A stretch of 64,000 nucleotides of DNA from Callorhinchus milii. Its lineage: Eukaryota. Numbering within the stretch: position 1 is the stretch's first letter; the number at the start of each line of letters is the position of its first letter. A model generated the notes under the pieces. The model was not told where the DNA came from. It worked only from the letters and a program-made list of their open reading frames with translations, and made no database searches. Shown here piece by piece: positions 1 through 11,899 of this stretch. The stretch lies in assembly GCF_018977255.1 (NCBI RefSeq), contig NW_024704742.1:116190001-116254000 (forward strand), given 5' to 3'. The position numbers were made by a program, and so were the translations under genes.

Positions 1-263
1 AATCTACGACTGTTTGTGGGACATTGCTGTGTGCAATTGGCTGCCGCGTTCGCCCACAAATATACAGTCACTTCACTTTACAGTGTGTTCTGTGAAGCGC
101 TTTGGGACGTCCTCCCGACGTGAAAAGCGCTATATCAAATGCAAGGATTATTATTATTATTAATATACTCAGTGAATTTACTTTACAGTATATTCTGTGA
201 AGCGCTTTGAAACATCTCGAAGCCATAAGGCGTTTTATCAAATGCAAGGATTATTATTATTAT
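1..263 (+). mobile_element. Two consecutive 3' portions of the tRNA-derived SINE
   Basis: Two tails of the type ...gtgaagcgcttt...aaatgcaaggattattatta, ending ~161 and ~263. Confidence 0.85.
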
Positions 264-527
264 AACCTCCCAGAAAGGGGATTGCCCAATATTGCCCACC
301 TTAAATAACAGACTGAGAAATATGATTGACTGGAATGCTTTGTAACTGAGGTAAATAAATAACCAGTTTGGACCAGAATAACTATTAATATTTTTCAAAA
401 TTGCAGCAAAGAACACAATGTGACAAAGTTTGTTACTATATTTATCAGAGATACTAATCTTATTAGGGACACTATTTTAACGATACTGAGACTATGGCTG
501 GAAATGCAATTGACCCTTTTACCCTCA

Positions 528-1162
528 TAATAATAATAATAATCCTTGTATTTGATATAGCGCTTTTCACGTCTTCTAGACGTTTCAAAGCGCTTCACAG
601 AATATATTGTAAAGTGAATTGACTGTATAGTTGTGGGTGAAATGCGGCAGCCAAATGCGCACAGCAGTGTCCCACAAACAGTCGTAGATTGAAGTGACTA
701 ATTTATTATGTGGAGTCCTGTAGCTCAGTGGTTAGAGCACTCGATTTGCAAGTGAGAGACCTGAGTTCAATTCCAGGCAGGGCGAAACCTTGGGCAAGTT
801 TCCTTACTCCACACACCACCAATAATCCCTCCAAAACCAAAAACAATAATAAATTGGTCATTTTCAATCCACGGCTGTTTGTGGGACATTGCTGTGCGCA
901 ATTGGCTGCCGCGTTTGCCCACAAATATACAGTCAATTCACTTTACAGTGTGTTCTGTGAAGCGCTTTGGGACGTCGTCCCGACGTGAAAAGCGCTATAT
1001 CAAATGTAAGGATTATTATTATTATTATTGTTTTTTNCTTGAAGGATTATTATTAGGCATGTGGAGTAAGGAAACTTGCTCAGTGTTTCTCCCAGCTGGG
1101 AATCGAACCCAGGTCTCTTGCTTGCGAGGCAAGTGCTCTAACCACTGAGCTACAGGACTCCC
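528..1162 (-). mobile_element. tRNA-SINE split in two (528-709 and 1030-1162) by an opposite-strand SINE
   Basis: The two halves join to match the intact minus copy at 2292-2614. Confidence 0.85.
710..1029 (+). mobile_element. Full-length tRNA-derived SINE (SINE2 class, probably SINE2-1_CM-like)
   Basis: A box TAGCTCAGTGG, B box GAGTTCAATTCC, L2-like tail and (TTA)n end. Confidence 0.92.
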
Positions 1163-1382
1163 GACTCATATAAGCATATTGCAGTCCATTATAAGATAGC
1201 TACTAATGTACATAGTGAGACTGAAGGGAGAGAGAACCAACAGTGAACCATGAATCACTACTAAAGTACTACTTGAACTGTTCAATCAGGACCTTAAATT
1301 GTTATTACAAAACTCTTACATTTTCCACCAAATCTTGAATCTTCCTATAGGATTAGTTAGTTATTGGTGATACATTTTGCTT

Positions 1383-1484
1383 AAACAAAAACAGAAGTCG
1401 CTGGGAACACTCAGCAGGTCAGGCAGCATCTATGGAGAAAGGAAAGTGAATCAACGTTTCAGGTCCACTACCCTTTGTCAGAAC
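1383..1484 (-). mobile_element. Terminal fragment of a chondrichthyan Penelope-like element
   Basis: Reverse complement reads ctgacaaagggtagtggacctgaaacgtt...ctccatagatgctgcctgacctgctgagtgttcccagc, recalled as a common shark Penelope-type terminus. Confidence 0.55.
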
Positions 1485-2291
1485 GCATACATTTTGCTTA
1501 ATTGGATTACTGTATACTGTACTGTATATCTTAATCCTTTGAATGCTACCTAGTCTACTGAACCCTGGGACAGGTTTTGTACATATTAAACTCACTGTGA
1601 CACCTGAAATAAACCATAGCATTACAGTAAGAAAGCTTCTCAAGCGCTGGAATAGCTGTATTATTGAAGTATTTTGAAGCATTATTGAAGTATTATTGAA
1701 GTATTGTTGAATCGTGGAGTCCTGTAGCTTAGTAGTTAGTGCATTTGCCTCTGTGAGGGAAGCTATATCAATGCAAGTTGTTGCTGTTGTTGAAGTATTA
1801 AATCTAACCCACTAAAATAAAGCATAAGTAAAATAAACACAGCACCTATGCCGGCCTTCTCACTTTTCTTTCTTTTACCTTTTCTTTATTTTTCTCCCTT
1901 CTGTTTTATAATTTTTCTTGAACCATTTTCTACCGATTCAGAACGGTTCGTTCTACTTTCTTCTAACTTTAAGGGTTCTTTCTTACCTTCTTTCTTCTGG
2001 TGCAGCATTCACAGCTAGCAATAGGAAGTGGGGGCCATCGAGTGAGTACATTTGATGGTGGGATCGAGACCTGGTGATACCCAGGCATGTGAGCTCTTCA
2101 GCTAAACTAAGTTAATAATGATAATAATAATCCTTTCATTTGATATAGCGCCTTATCACGTCTTTGAGGCATCTCAAAAAGCTTCACAGAATATACTGTC
2201 ATGTGAATTGACTGTATGTTTTGTGTATTTTTTGTTGTATGTTTCAGAACCTCGTACTGTTGTATCAATACTGAGCTTCACTTGAAAACAT

Positions 2292-2614
2292 ATAATAATA
2301 ATAATAATCCTTGCATTTGATATAGCGCTTTTCACGTCGGGAGGACGTCCCAAAGTGCTTCACAGAACACACTGTAAAGTAAATTGACTGTATATTTGTG
2401 GGCGAACGCGGCAGCCAATTGCGCACAGCAATGTCCTACAAACAGTCGTAGATTGAAAATGACCAATTTATTATTGTTTTGTTTTGGAGGGATTATTATT
2501 AGGCTCTGTGTGGAGTAAGGAAACTTGCCCAGGGTTTCGCCCTGTGCCTGGAATTGAACTCGGGTCTCTCGCTTGCAAAGCGAGTGCTCTAACCACTGAG
2601 CTACAGGACTCCAC
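2292..2614 (-). mobile_element. Full-length tRNA-derived SINE
   Basis: Reverse complement of the 710-1029 type. Confidence 0.92.
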
Positions 2615-5349
2615 GATTTTTCTCATGTCTTGCATTTAGATACTCAGCATTTATTTGACATCATTTTCAATCCATTTTATTTTTGTAGGACAATGGAAAT
2701 TCTCCATTAATTCCTTATTTAAAAAGTTCTTTTTTTTCAATCACAGAGCTGTAACTGAACTGACTGGTGGTGAAACTGTTAGTATGGCAAAATTGTAATG
2801 GTTTCGTTTCTTTCTGGATTATTTTAATGGTAAGGTTTGAGGGGAGGCTACACTTGAGTTTTGGCATGTTAAATGTGAATAATACAGCTTCAGTGGCTCA
2901 GACTGTCTCTGTCAAAATGAAATCCACTGTGTTCATTCAGTGGTCAAGTGGATAGTTCAGTTGGATTGAACTGTGAGTTGGGGATAGCATAATATGGTTT
3001 AATGCAAATGGAGCAAAACAACCAAATCGTTTATTTACTCAAAAAGGCTGATAGTTCAAATGAATGTTTATGCCCCGTCCGATTGGAGGGAAAATCGTGT
3101 CTCGGAAATAGGATATGCTCTGGGATCTAGAGGTGCATTTTCTCCAGCAACTGCTGGCTTTGGCCTCAGGGCCTGTGCTTCAGTCTGTTTTAAGGATGAT
3201 GAAGCTAATTGTCCTATTCTGAGTGCATGAGAGTGAAAAAAAGAGAGGGAGAGGGCAAGGGTCAAAGGGTTCTGAAAATTGCAGGAAAGGCCTCTGTCAT
3301 ATCTGATCTATTTAATGGTTCATCTCAGTTCTGATCTATTTGATATATTCTAGAGTGCAAAAATAAAGGACATCCCCTGGATTGTAAATGATGTACTTTT
3401 ATGTACATTTTCAATAAGCCTATTGTCTATAAACTGCTTGTCAGCCTGGAGCTTGAACTAATTGTCCTCTGCTAGCATTTTCCATTAAACCTAAATTAAG
3501 ATTCACAGTGGAATTCGAGTACCAGAGTTAAACATTTAGTAAGTGTGCAGTGTGTTCAGGCTATGAATTATGAACAGGAGTTTTGTACGTTGCTGTAATT
3601 CACCTTTATAATGTTTACTATTGGAAGCCCAACTGTTCCTTCTAAAGATGCTATGACACTACTCGAAAAAAGAAAGGAGTTTCTTTTGGTGTTCTGGCCA
3701 ATAATTCCCCTCCAAATAAAATTAGTCATTCACTTCCTGGCTGTTTGTGGGACATGGCTGTGCACAAATTGGCCGCTGTGTTTGTCCACAAAACACGCAG
3801 TCAATACACTTTACAGTAAATCCTGTGAAGTTCTTTGAGATGCATCCTGATATGAAAGACGCTAGTTATATCAAGGATTATTATTTCAGTGGACTGTGAG
3901 AGCTTGGCAAAATTTACTGACTGGAGCCAAATAAATCTTTTCCCTGTCAACAAAAGTGCTACATGGATCAGAGGAGCGGTATTTTCTTCTGCTGAATAGC
4001 TTTCTGTGGAAAGGAGGCCCAGGAAATCACGGTGTGATCATTAGCGAATAGAACTTTCCTAAAAAGTGACAGCTGGAGAATTGTATGTCAATCATTGAGG
4101 GTGAATGAGGAAAGAAATGTGGTTCAAATTGAAGCAAACAGATACTTTGGCCTTTATGATGTAAACAATTATAAGATCACAAGATTGGTTTGGATGAAGA
4201 AGACACTACAGCCAATTTAGAAATTTACAGCTTACCTTGCCATTTGGCTCATCTTGTTTCATTTGATCTCATCTTTGCTGAATACCCACCCAACCATAAC
4301 TCCCATCATAGCAACAAGCTGTGTTTTGAATGGTGGAAAAAATTGCAAGCTGAGCAGATTCAGATACTTGTCCACTGGCAGGGAGAAGACAGGAAGAAAT
4401 GCAAATGAACTAAACCCTAGAACAGTAATATGTTTAATTTGGTCACAAACTCTGCAAAAAAGGTTCACATGTTGAACTTGTTAAGGGGAAAAGTGAATGG
4501 AAAGTTTAGATTCAGGAACAGCACTTAAGACAGAACACTGATTATATGGAGTATTCGACACAGAGGGGTGGATTGTGTCGCATCCTATATCCACCATATT
4601 CTGTGCATGACCTGGATTGTAGGTACCTAATCTCTTTAATTAGAAATTGAAAACACACCCGGTGTTTGTGTGATTCGGTGTTTAAATAAGTTTTGCACCG
4701 AACGAGATAGAAATGTACCCATGATAAGATCCAGATCACAATGCACGTGTTACCTCTATGTTATGATAACTTCAGAGGAAAGTGAGATCATGCCACCGGA
4801 AAAATACAAATACATATTTGTTGTTTGAGGCAGAAATTTAAAATTAATTGCAAGGATAACTTAGATTCCAGGGATCATTCTCTGTCTTGTAGAATCAACA
4901 GAATATCTCACCAGAGGCAATGAGTTCCTGCTGCTCTTTCACCCGTATGAAAGATCATCACAACTCCCTCATGCCTCAGGGGCTCATGATTTATCTGTCT
5001 CTCTCACTCCTGAAAAATCATCAGTGGTGACATTGCTCATCCCGCTGAGTTGTTCTGTGATGCAGGGGAATGTGTAAGATAATACTCTATAAACCTCCTC
5101 CGCAGTGATATGGCGATTTAGATAAATTAACCTGGAGAATATTTAGAATTTTGTACATTTTAATATGGGATTTGTATTGAGCTGTGAGAACGATGCAGTT
5201 GTTAAAGATGTCGACCTGTCCTAATATGGCCCTGGCGTACATTTAGCTACAATGATTGATCAGGAGAGACGTGTATGATCTGTAGAGAATGGTGCTGTTC
5301 TGGCCATGCGTGATCAGTCTGTTGAAGAGCAATGCAACAAATGAAAGAA

Positions 5350-5730
5350 AGGAGTTGCATTTTTTAGTGTCTACAACTCTGATGCTTCACACATAATTAC
5401 TGTCAAGTATATTGACTTTTCATAGGCAAACATGGCAGCCTTTGTGCCAGCATTGATCCCACAAACAGCCACGAGGTGACTGACCAATTAATCTGGAGGA
5501 TTGTTGGCCAAGACACCGGGGAAATGCTCCCTTCTCTTTTTTTGAATAGTGCAACGGAATCTTTAATGTCCACCTGAAAAATAGGCAGACATGGACCTCT
5601 ATTTAATGTCTCATCCAAAAGATGGCACCTCTGACATTGCAGCATTCTGTGAGCTCTCATCCTGGCATGGGATTTGAACACACAGCGTTTTGACCTGGAA
5701 GCGAGAATCCTACAACCGATCCAAACTTAA
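5350..5730 (-). mobile_element. Old Deu-domain SINE (SacSINE1/AmnSINE1-like)
   Basis: Reverse complement contains gtcagaggtgccatcttttggatgagacattaaatagagg. Related copies at ~6220-6560(-), ~13620-13830(+) and ~55025-55480(-). Confidence 0.65.
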
Positions 5731-5920
5731 CCCAGAACTAGGTGCATTTGGAATTGGGCAGTTTAGAACACATTTGTGAGCAGAAAGTCAAGCATCCAAC
5801 ATGGCACTTTACATCTGATGTTGGTTCTCAGTGGATTAACTCTTGTACTTTTGATTTAATCGTTGCATTTGACATAATGCCTTTTCCCCCCTCAAAAAGC
5901 TTTACAGGATTTTACTGTGA

Positions 5921-6220
5921 ACAATAACAACGACAAATTACATTTGTATAACACCTTTCACGTCAGGAGGATGTCCCAAGGCGCTGGACAGTCAGGGATC
6001 CGCACCCAAGCTGGTGGTTGAGATCAGGAGGGCGTGGAGGATAGGAATAGGAGGTTGACCCAAGGCGCGGTCGAAGAGGAGGGTCTTAAGATGGGTCTTG
6101 AAGGAGGCAAGGGAGGGGGCGAGGTGGAGGAACTGGGATGGAGTTCCACAGGAGGATGAGGGCAGAGAGGATTAGAAAGTCACAGAGGTAGGGAGGAGTA
6201 AGGCAGTGGAGGGCTTTGAA
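5921..6220 (-). mobile_element. L2 LINE 3' fragment
   Basis: (CAA)n-like tail followed by cacctttcacgtcaggaggatgtcccaaggcgctg. Confidence 0.8.
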
Positions 6221-7787
6221 GTGTAGTGACTGTTTTTTAAGCAAGTGTGTATTTTATAAGCATGTTCCACAAACAGCTATGAAGTGAATGTCTTTTATCT
6301 GAGGAACTGTTGGTCAGGACTTTGGGAGAAACTTTTTTTCTGAATAGTGCCTTGGGATCTTTAACGTCCACCTGATGAGACCTCGGTTTCACATCTCATT
6401 CAAAGGTTGGCACCTCCGAAGATACAGCACCCCTCGGCGCTGCACTGTAGTGTCAGCCTAAACTATGAGCTCAGTCCTGTTATGTGGGGAAGGGAGGTGC
6501 TTGAACCCACAATCTTTTGACACAGAGGCAAAAGTGCTACCAACTGAACCAGGTTGATACCTGGATAGAAGACACAGACTTCAATGTTCTCTAGCCTCTT
6601 CACTTACCAAGTACAACATTTAAAAGTTTGTATTCTGTTTATTTTAATCAAACTCACCATTTTTTCACCTCTAAGTTTACAATATTGTCTTTTTGAAAAA
6701 AACGTAAACTAAAGTAAAACAGCAATAATGTTGAAGCACTTAAGGCACTGCAAATCATTGAAATCATTTCATCCATCAGAATATTCAAACTGAGTGGTGA
6801 CTCCCCAGCCCTCATTCTTGCAGTTGATTTTATTGTTTGTGTGTGGGGGGAGCAGTAATAAAAGTCTTAAGTGCATGATTGCCTTTTTTCCCCCTCTTGG
6901 TTTATGTGTTTCACAGTATTTTATAGTTTCATTACTTTTATGCATCTGCCAGTAAATGCACTGAATAACCTTTTTGTTATCTGTTCCACTACATGCTGTT
7001 CTTACTCAAATTCCAGCTTTGGTTGGTGTATAGAGCGTTGCCTTATGTTGCTATGTTAACAGTGGAGCTGAGCAACTATAATAAGCCAAACCCCCTTTTC
7101 AAAACCACCTCTCCTCAACACATGGGTTTGAGTCTAAAATCAACTTCAGGAAGCATCATTCAACATGCCATCCAACCCAGCCATCTTGCCAAGAGAAGGC
7201 TTGTCCTTCCTAGGAAATGGGCATAATCCTTGCTTAATTGTAATATGAAGTAACATTATTACAACTAGGACTTTCAAGGCCTTTCCAGAGGTTAAAACTC
7301 TCTGGGATGCTACCCTGTGTGAAGAGTCGCTATATAAATGCAAGTTGTTGTTGTTAAATTGACCTAACATTGCTTTCAGCTACTCTTCTTCCAGGATGTG
7401 AATAAAGACTTTAATGGGTTTTAAGTTTGGAGTGTAAAATGTTCTGTTATTTGATTTTTAAAAAGGTAGTGAAGCTTACATTAAAATGTTTTGATGTAAA
7501 TAGGAACTGTCTCAGAGTTGCTCACCATCAACTCTTTATTGTCCTGTACCCGCTTCCTCTGCTCGGCTGGCTCTGGCCTCCTGCTTGTCCCTCGTCACCT
7601 CTGCTCCATCATCAGCTGCTGCACTGTCAGCCACTACGCTCTGAAGCTTTGGAACTCTCTCCCCCAATCCCTCGATCTTGCCCCCTCCTTCCCCTCTTTT
7701 AGATCATAACTGAAGACCTTCTTCTTTGACCATGCTTACAGTCACCTCCTCCCTCCCCCCCAGACCCTCCGCCCCTGGTTCAACGTC

Positions 7788-8027
7788 AGGCCAATTGCGC
7801 ACAGCAGTGTCCAACAAACAGTTGTGGATTGAGAATGCTTTTTTGGGGAGATTATTACCCCCGGAAAGCAATCCGCCAACCAACTAACAGCGAGTTGCTA
7901 CTTACTGCTAGGTAAACTAGAAGTGTGGTGTAAGAAAATTTACCTTAGGTTTTGCCCCACTCGGGAATCGAACCTGGATCCTCTCACTTGCGAGGCGAGC
8001 ACATTAACCATAAGCTACAGGACTCCA
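7788..8027 (-). mobile_element. tRNA-SINE, longer internal variant
   Basis: Head ends ...gctacaggactcca; extra internal segment ctacttactgctaggtaaac. Confidence 0.8.
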
Positions 8028-8030
8028 TGA

Positions 8031-8194
8031 AATGAAATGACACATCATGAAATACAAAACACACAGTCACTATGCTTCACAGATGTGCCATGGTTCCAGT
8101 GGACGTGGGTGTAATGAAATGACACATCATGAAATACAAAACACACAGTCACTATGCTTCACAGATGTGCCATGGTTCCAGTGGATGTGGGCGT
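8031..8194. repeat. Tandem duplication, 2 x 82 bp
   Basis: 8031-8112 versus 8113-8194, two substitutions. Confidence 0.95.
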
Positions 8195-9261
8195 AAGTGA
8201 GGCAGAGCAACCTGGAAGAGCTCTATGAGTGTTCAAATATTAATTTCTGAATGTTTTTCTAATCTGCGTCTTCCCCTTCAATTAGTGATTTTCCAATCTC
8301 AACCACACTAGGTGGTATGGAAGGGAGGGGGGGAGAGGGAAAGACATGGAGATGTGCTCGGCTTGAGAGGAGGTTGAGATCCATTTCTGACGTGTGATTT
8401 TAAAAAGAAAACCTAGATGCTCATGTTCAGAAAGTAGCATTGTCATTCATCCCAGACCTGTAGCATTGTCATTCATCCTCGACTCCCCTCCCCTCTCCTC
8501 CAAGCTTGATGTCTATCACGGATTCTCTAAACGAGCTCCGAGTCATTACTTTATGTGGAAGGTGCTGTATAACTGCAAATTGTGTTCCATTGCACACTTG
8601 TTCCTTTATTTACTAACAAGTGTTGGTGCTATTGATTTGGATTACTGTTGAAGGTATCAATTGAAAGATACAAAGAGCATTCATCCCAGTTATTGATTTG
8701 AGTGGTGTCTGGGGGTTATAGTGGACATATTGCATACTATCCTTTGAGATCACTCTGAGAAGCGCGATACTTTATTGTTGAAGGGAAATTAACATACTGA
8801 AGTACCAATGTAGATTAAACTTGTGGGTATAAGACATCCATCTGAACAGTTGTCCTTCATTGTTTTGAGCTCATTTGCGAGGTCCATGACCAAGCAGTGG
8901 ATTTGCAGTGAAAAGGGGGAAATGGGTCGCTCAGCATCCTGGTGGCAGAAGTTTCACGATGGAGATGTCTGTTTATCAAAACACTTCATAAACTTGTTTG
9001 TATGTTCTTAAGTAAGCTGATGGAGTTTCGCTCATGTCGGTCACCGTGCTGACCAAAAAAATACCCTCAGGTGATAGGTCTGACTAACACTGACTGGTTA
9101 GAACTAGGATCCTCACTGCATAAAATGACATCTGTGTCAATCCAGTCACTCTGTCCACTGCTTCCCTCATCCCATAGTGACTCAATTCTGCTGTAGTACC
9201 ATCTTAAAATGGGGTTATTAAACAAATCAAGTTGCACACCAATATTTGTTTCTGTGCAAAG

Positions 9262-9410
9262 GTGGTGTACGTGTCTGTGGTGTGCCTGTGTGTATGCACA
9301 TGTGTGCCTGTGTATGGGGTATGGTGTGGGGCATGCGTGAAATGTATGCAAATGTATGTATGTGTGCATGCATGTGTATGATGTGCGTATGCGTGTGATT
9401 GTGTGTGATT
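9262..9410. repeat. Degenerate TG-rich microsatellite
   Basis: Run of tgtg/tatg/tgcg units. Confidence 0.85.
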
Positions 9411-10859
9411 TGCAACTATTGCAAATACACTTTATGTGTATTTGCAATAGTTCTCTGAGGTTGGTTATGAGTATGAATGAGACCACATCACTGAATATGG
9501 TGCGTACTGCAGTGCTGAGCTTATAAACATGCTAATTATGACGTATTCTGTGTTTTTAACAGAACTAGTTTCTATAGAAATGGTTGAGAGTTTTTTTTGT
9601 AAAATAAAATCTGATTTGCTTGATACAGGCTGTTTGTTGGTTAACCAGTCTTGGGCATGTAAATGGAATAAGCTGTGTCTGAAATCCTTGGTTTAGTTAT
9701 TTACAAGATATTCTTTTACCGAGTATAGGTGAAGGTCACACAAGGTTTAGTTTTTTCCAATGAAGGGGATCTGACTACCTGGTCTGCCTCTGTAAGGTTC
9801 ATACGTATGTGAATGGCTCTTTAAGTGATTCTGATGGACCATCTGTTATTCTTTTGGAAACTTGAAGACTTCTGCCCCTTTGTAGCATTGCAATTAATGA
9901 TGGAAAACCCACTTATATTCACAACCACATTAACAACATGAAGTCCATTTCTTACCGACTGAAGGGTTTTCACAAAGCTCGTGGATAAAGTGTCATCAGT
10001 GGTCAGTTGATTAGCGACGTAGAATGTTATTATCCAAGCACACAGATTTTGTGATCTTGTAAGTTACATTAAGGGCCTGTGTCTCCATTCTCTGGTGTAA
10101 TTCTCCAACTCAAGACCCTCCTCTTCGACCATGCTTTCGATCACCGTTCTTCCCCCTCTGCCCTCCACCCTCTCCGATCCCAATCCCCAGCTCTGGTCCG
10201 AAACTCTGATTGTCCAGCACCTTGGGACATTCTCCCGATGTGAAAAGCGCTATACAAATGTAATTTTGTTGTTGTTGTAATGTGTAAATATTTTTGCCCT
10301 TGGAGATCTTTCAAGTCAGTACAATGGACTTTGTCGGACTTTGCATCTTAAGTTAACTTTGAAATGCATGAAGCTTGCTCTGTGTGTAAAGTGTAAAAAC
10401 TGCTAACTAATGAATAATTTCAGCTTGGGACAGAAATGCTACTGTAGGCCTCAGTGGGTTGAACAATAATTGAACTGAAGTGAGGAATGTTAACAAGCTC
10501 AAATGTCAGTCTTGCAACGCTGACATTTAAGCTGATCTGCACTTTCACTCTCCCTCTTTGCTCTGCTTCTCCAACTACATTCACCACAATTACTTTTTTG
10601 TGTGTTTAAAAAAAATAAACCGTGTCAAGTTTAACAAACAGTGAACAAGTTAATCTGCAGTCACTAGTGTCTGACTATGTTTAGGCACATACACATACAC
10701 AAGAAACTGTATTAAGAAATGTTAGGGGAGGGGTAACAAATCCTTGCTGAATACTAATTGCCTGCGAGTTGTTCGGGGAGACTGTGTAAGAATGGAGGAT
10801 TTGTTGTAAATCGGTCACTGGCTCTATTGTGCATAGCTGAGAGGTTAGACTGGTGCTGT

Positions 10860-11814
10860 TAAGGTGCCAGACTTATAAAATCCGACAGTGCCCAATGATT
10901 TGATGACTAATCTGAGAGAGGAAAAAAAAGGTTGTTTCTTAGTACTAACAAGTTTTATCGAGATAGCAGCTAAAAGCAAAAAAAAGTTTTTAATCTCTTT
11001 ACAGTTTAGCTGCTCGCTGCTTTGGCCTGAAGAGATAAGCATGTGGACTTTTGCAGATTGACCGTTTGCCGAGTAGCCTGTCTCTCCGCGGAGGTGTTAT
11101 CTTGCTTTCTCAGCTGCCTGCTCTCTGTGCCTGCCAGTGTTTGCGAGCGCGGCTGCAGTGCGTGTAGCTTGACGGAGGATCTGAACGGTCTGTGGCAAGC
11201 ACCAGCCACAGTGGAAGGCTGAGATTGTTTGTGCATTGTGTGGCTCCTGCCCTGAACTTTCTGCTGGTTGGTCAACGGAGAGAAAACAGTTACGTAAATT
11301 TTGATGGCTTACTTGAGGGTAAATGATGAAAGTTGGGAGGGGTGAGGTGGGGGAAGTGGGGGGGAGAGTAGGAGACTGTTATACCCACTGAAGGCCTTGT
11401 GTTTAGTTTTGGGTGGGAGGGCTGTTTCTATTTTGTTTCTGATTCATGCTCGCTCTCCTGGGGCAAAACTCCACTGGTGCATTTGCATAGAAATGAAAAG
11501 GTGAGTTAATGATTCATTGGCTTTCGCTGACCTTTCAAATACACACGACTAGTGGGTGCAACTTTGCTCTTAAGTTTCCCTTTTTACGTTCAAAGCCCTG
11601 CCTTGTTGTTTGCAGCTCATCTACATGCCTGATCGCTTGAAGAGACCAAACATTTTACTGCTGTACCCTCCCCTGGGTTGCAGGGCAATCTGATCCCAGC
11701 CTCCTTCCTTCTTTTAGTTTACATCACTGTTAGACTTGAATTGTTTCCGTGCACAGAACAGTCCTTGTTGCAGTATGTCTGTTTAATCTGGCGTGCTTGT
11801 TTAAAGCCCCCGTA
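10860..11814 (+). promoter_or_regulatory. Candidate internal promoter / 5' UTR of the short ARHGEF28 isoform
   Basis: Repeat-free zone with TATAAAA at 10874, a local CpG cluster (11060-11200) and G-rich boxes near 11340-11370. Possible donor gagg|gtaaat (~11319) and acceptor ccttccttcttttag (ends 11717). Confidence 0.45.
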
Positions 11815-11899
11815 ATGGATTCAGACTCCGATTCACCTTTCAATTACTCTTGGCCATCTTTTCCTAAGATGAGGATTCGACGCAGGGCATCCAAGCAAG
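11815..11899 (+). CDS. ARHGEF28: ARHGEF28 alternative first coding exon (short-isoform N-terminus)
   Basis: ATG 11815 opens MDSDSDSPFNYSWPSFPKMRIRRRASKQ+g. In-frame TGA upstream at 11737-11739. Donor G|GTAGAA (phase 1) joins in frame to the 24991 exon. Peptide resembles the recalled N-terminus of a mammalian short ARHGEF28 isoform. Confidence 0.85.

Noticed and set aside
710..785. tRNA gene (Ala-TGC-like)
   Set aside because: This is a SINE head: no proper acceptor stem, it runs straight into the SINE body, and many copies are present.
1659..1800. CRISPR-like or regulatory array of ttattgaagta units
   Set aside because: Simple 10-11-bp slippage repeat without spacers, interrupted by a small SINE remnant.
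9067..9486. 139-aa His/Thr-rich ORF on the minus strand
   Set aside because: Translation of a CA/TG microsatellite.
1..10800. Upstream exons of the long ARHGEF28 isoform
   Set aside because: No ORF with splice sites and a recognisable peptide was found by eye. Small diverged exons cannot be excluded.
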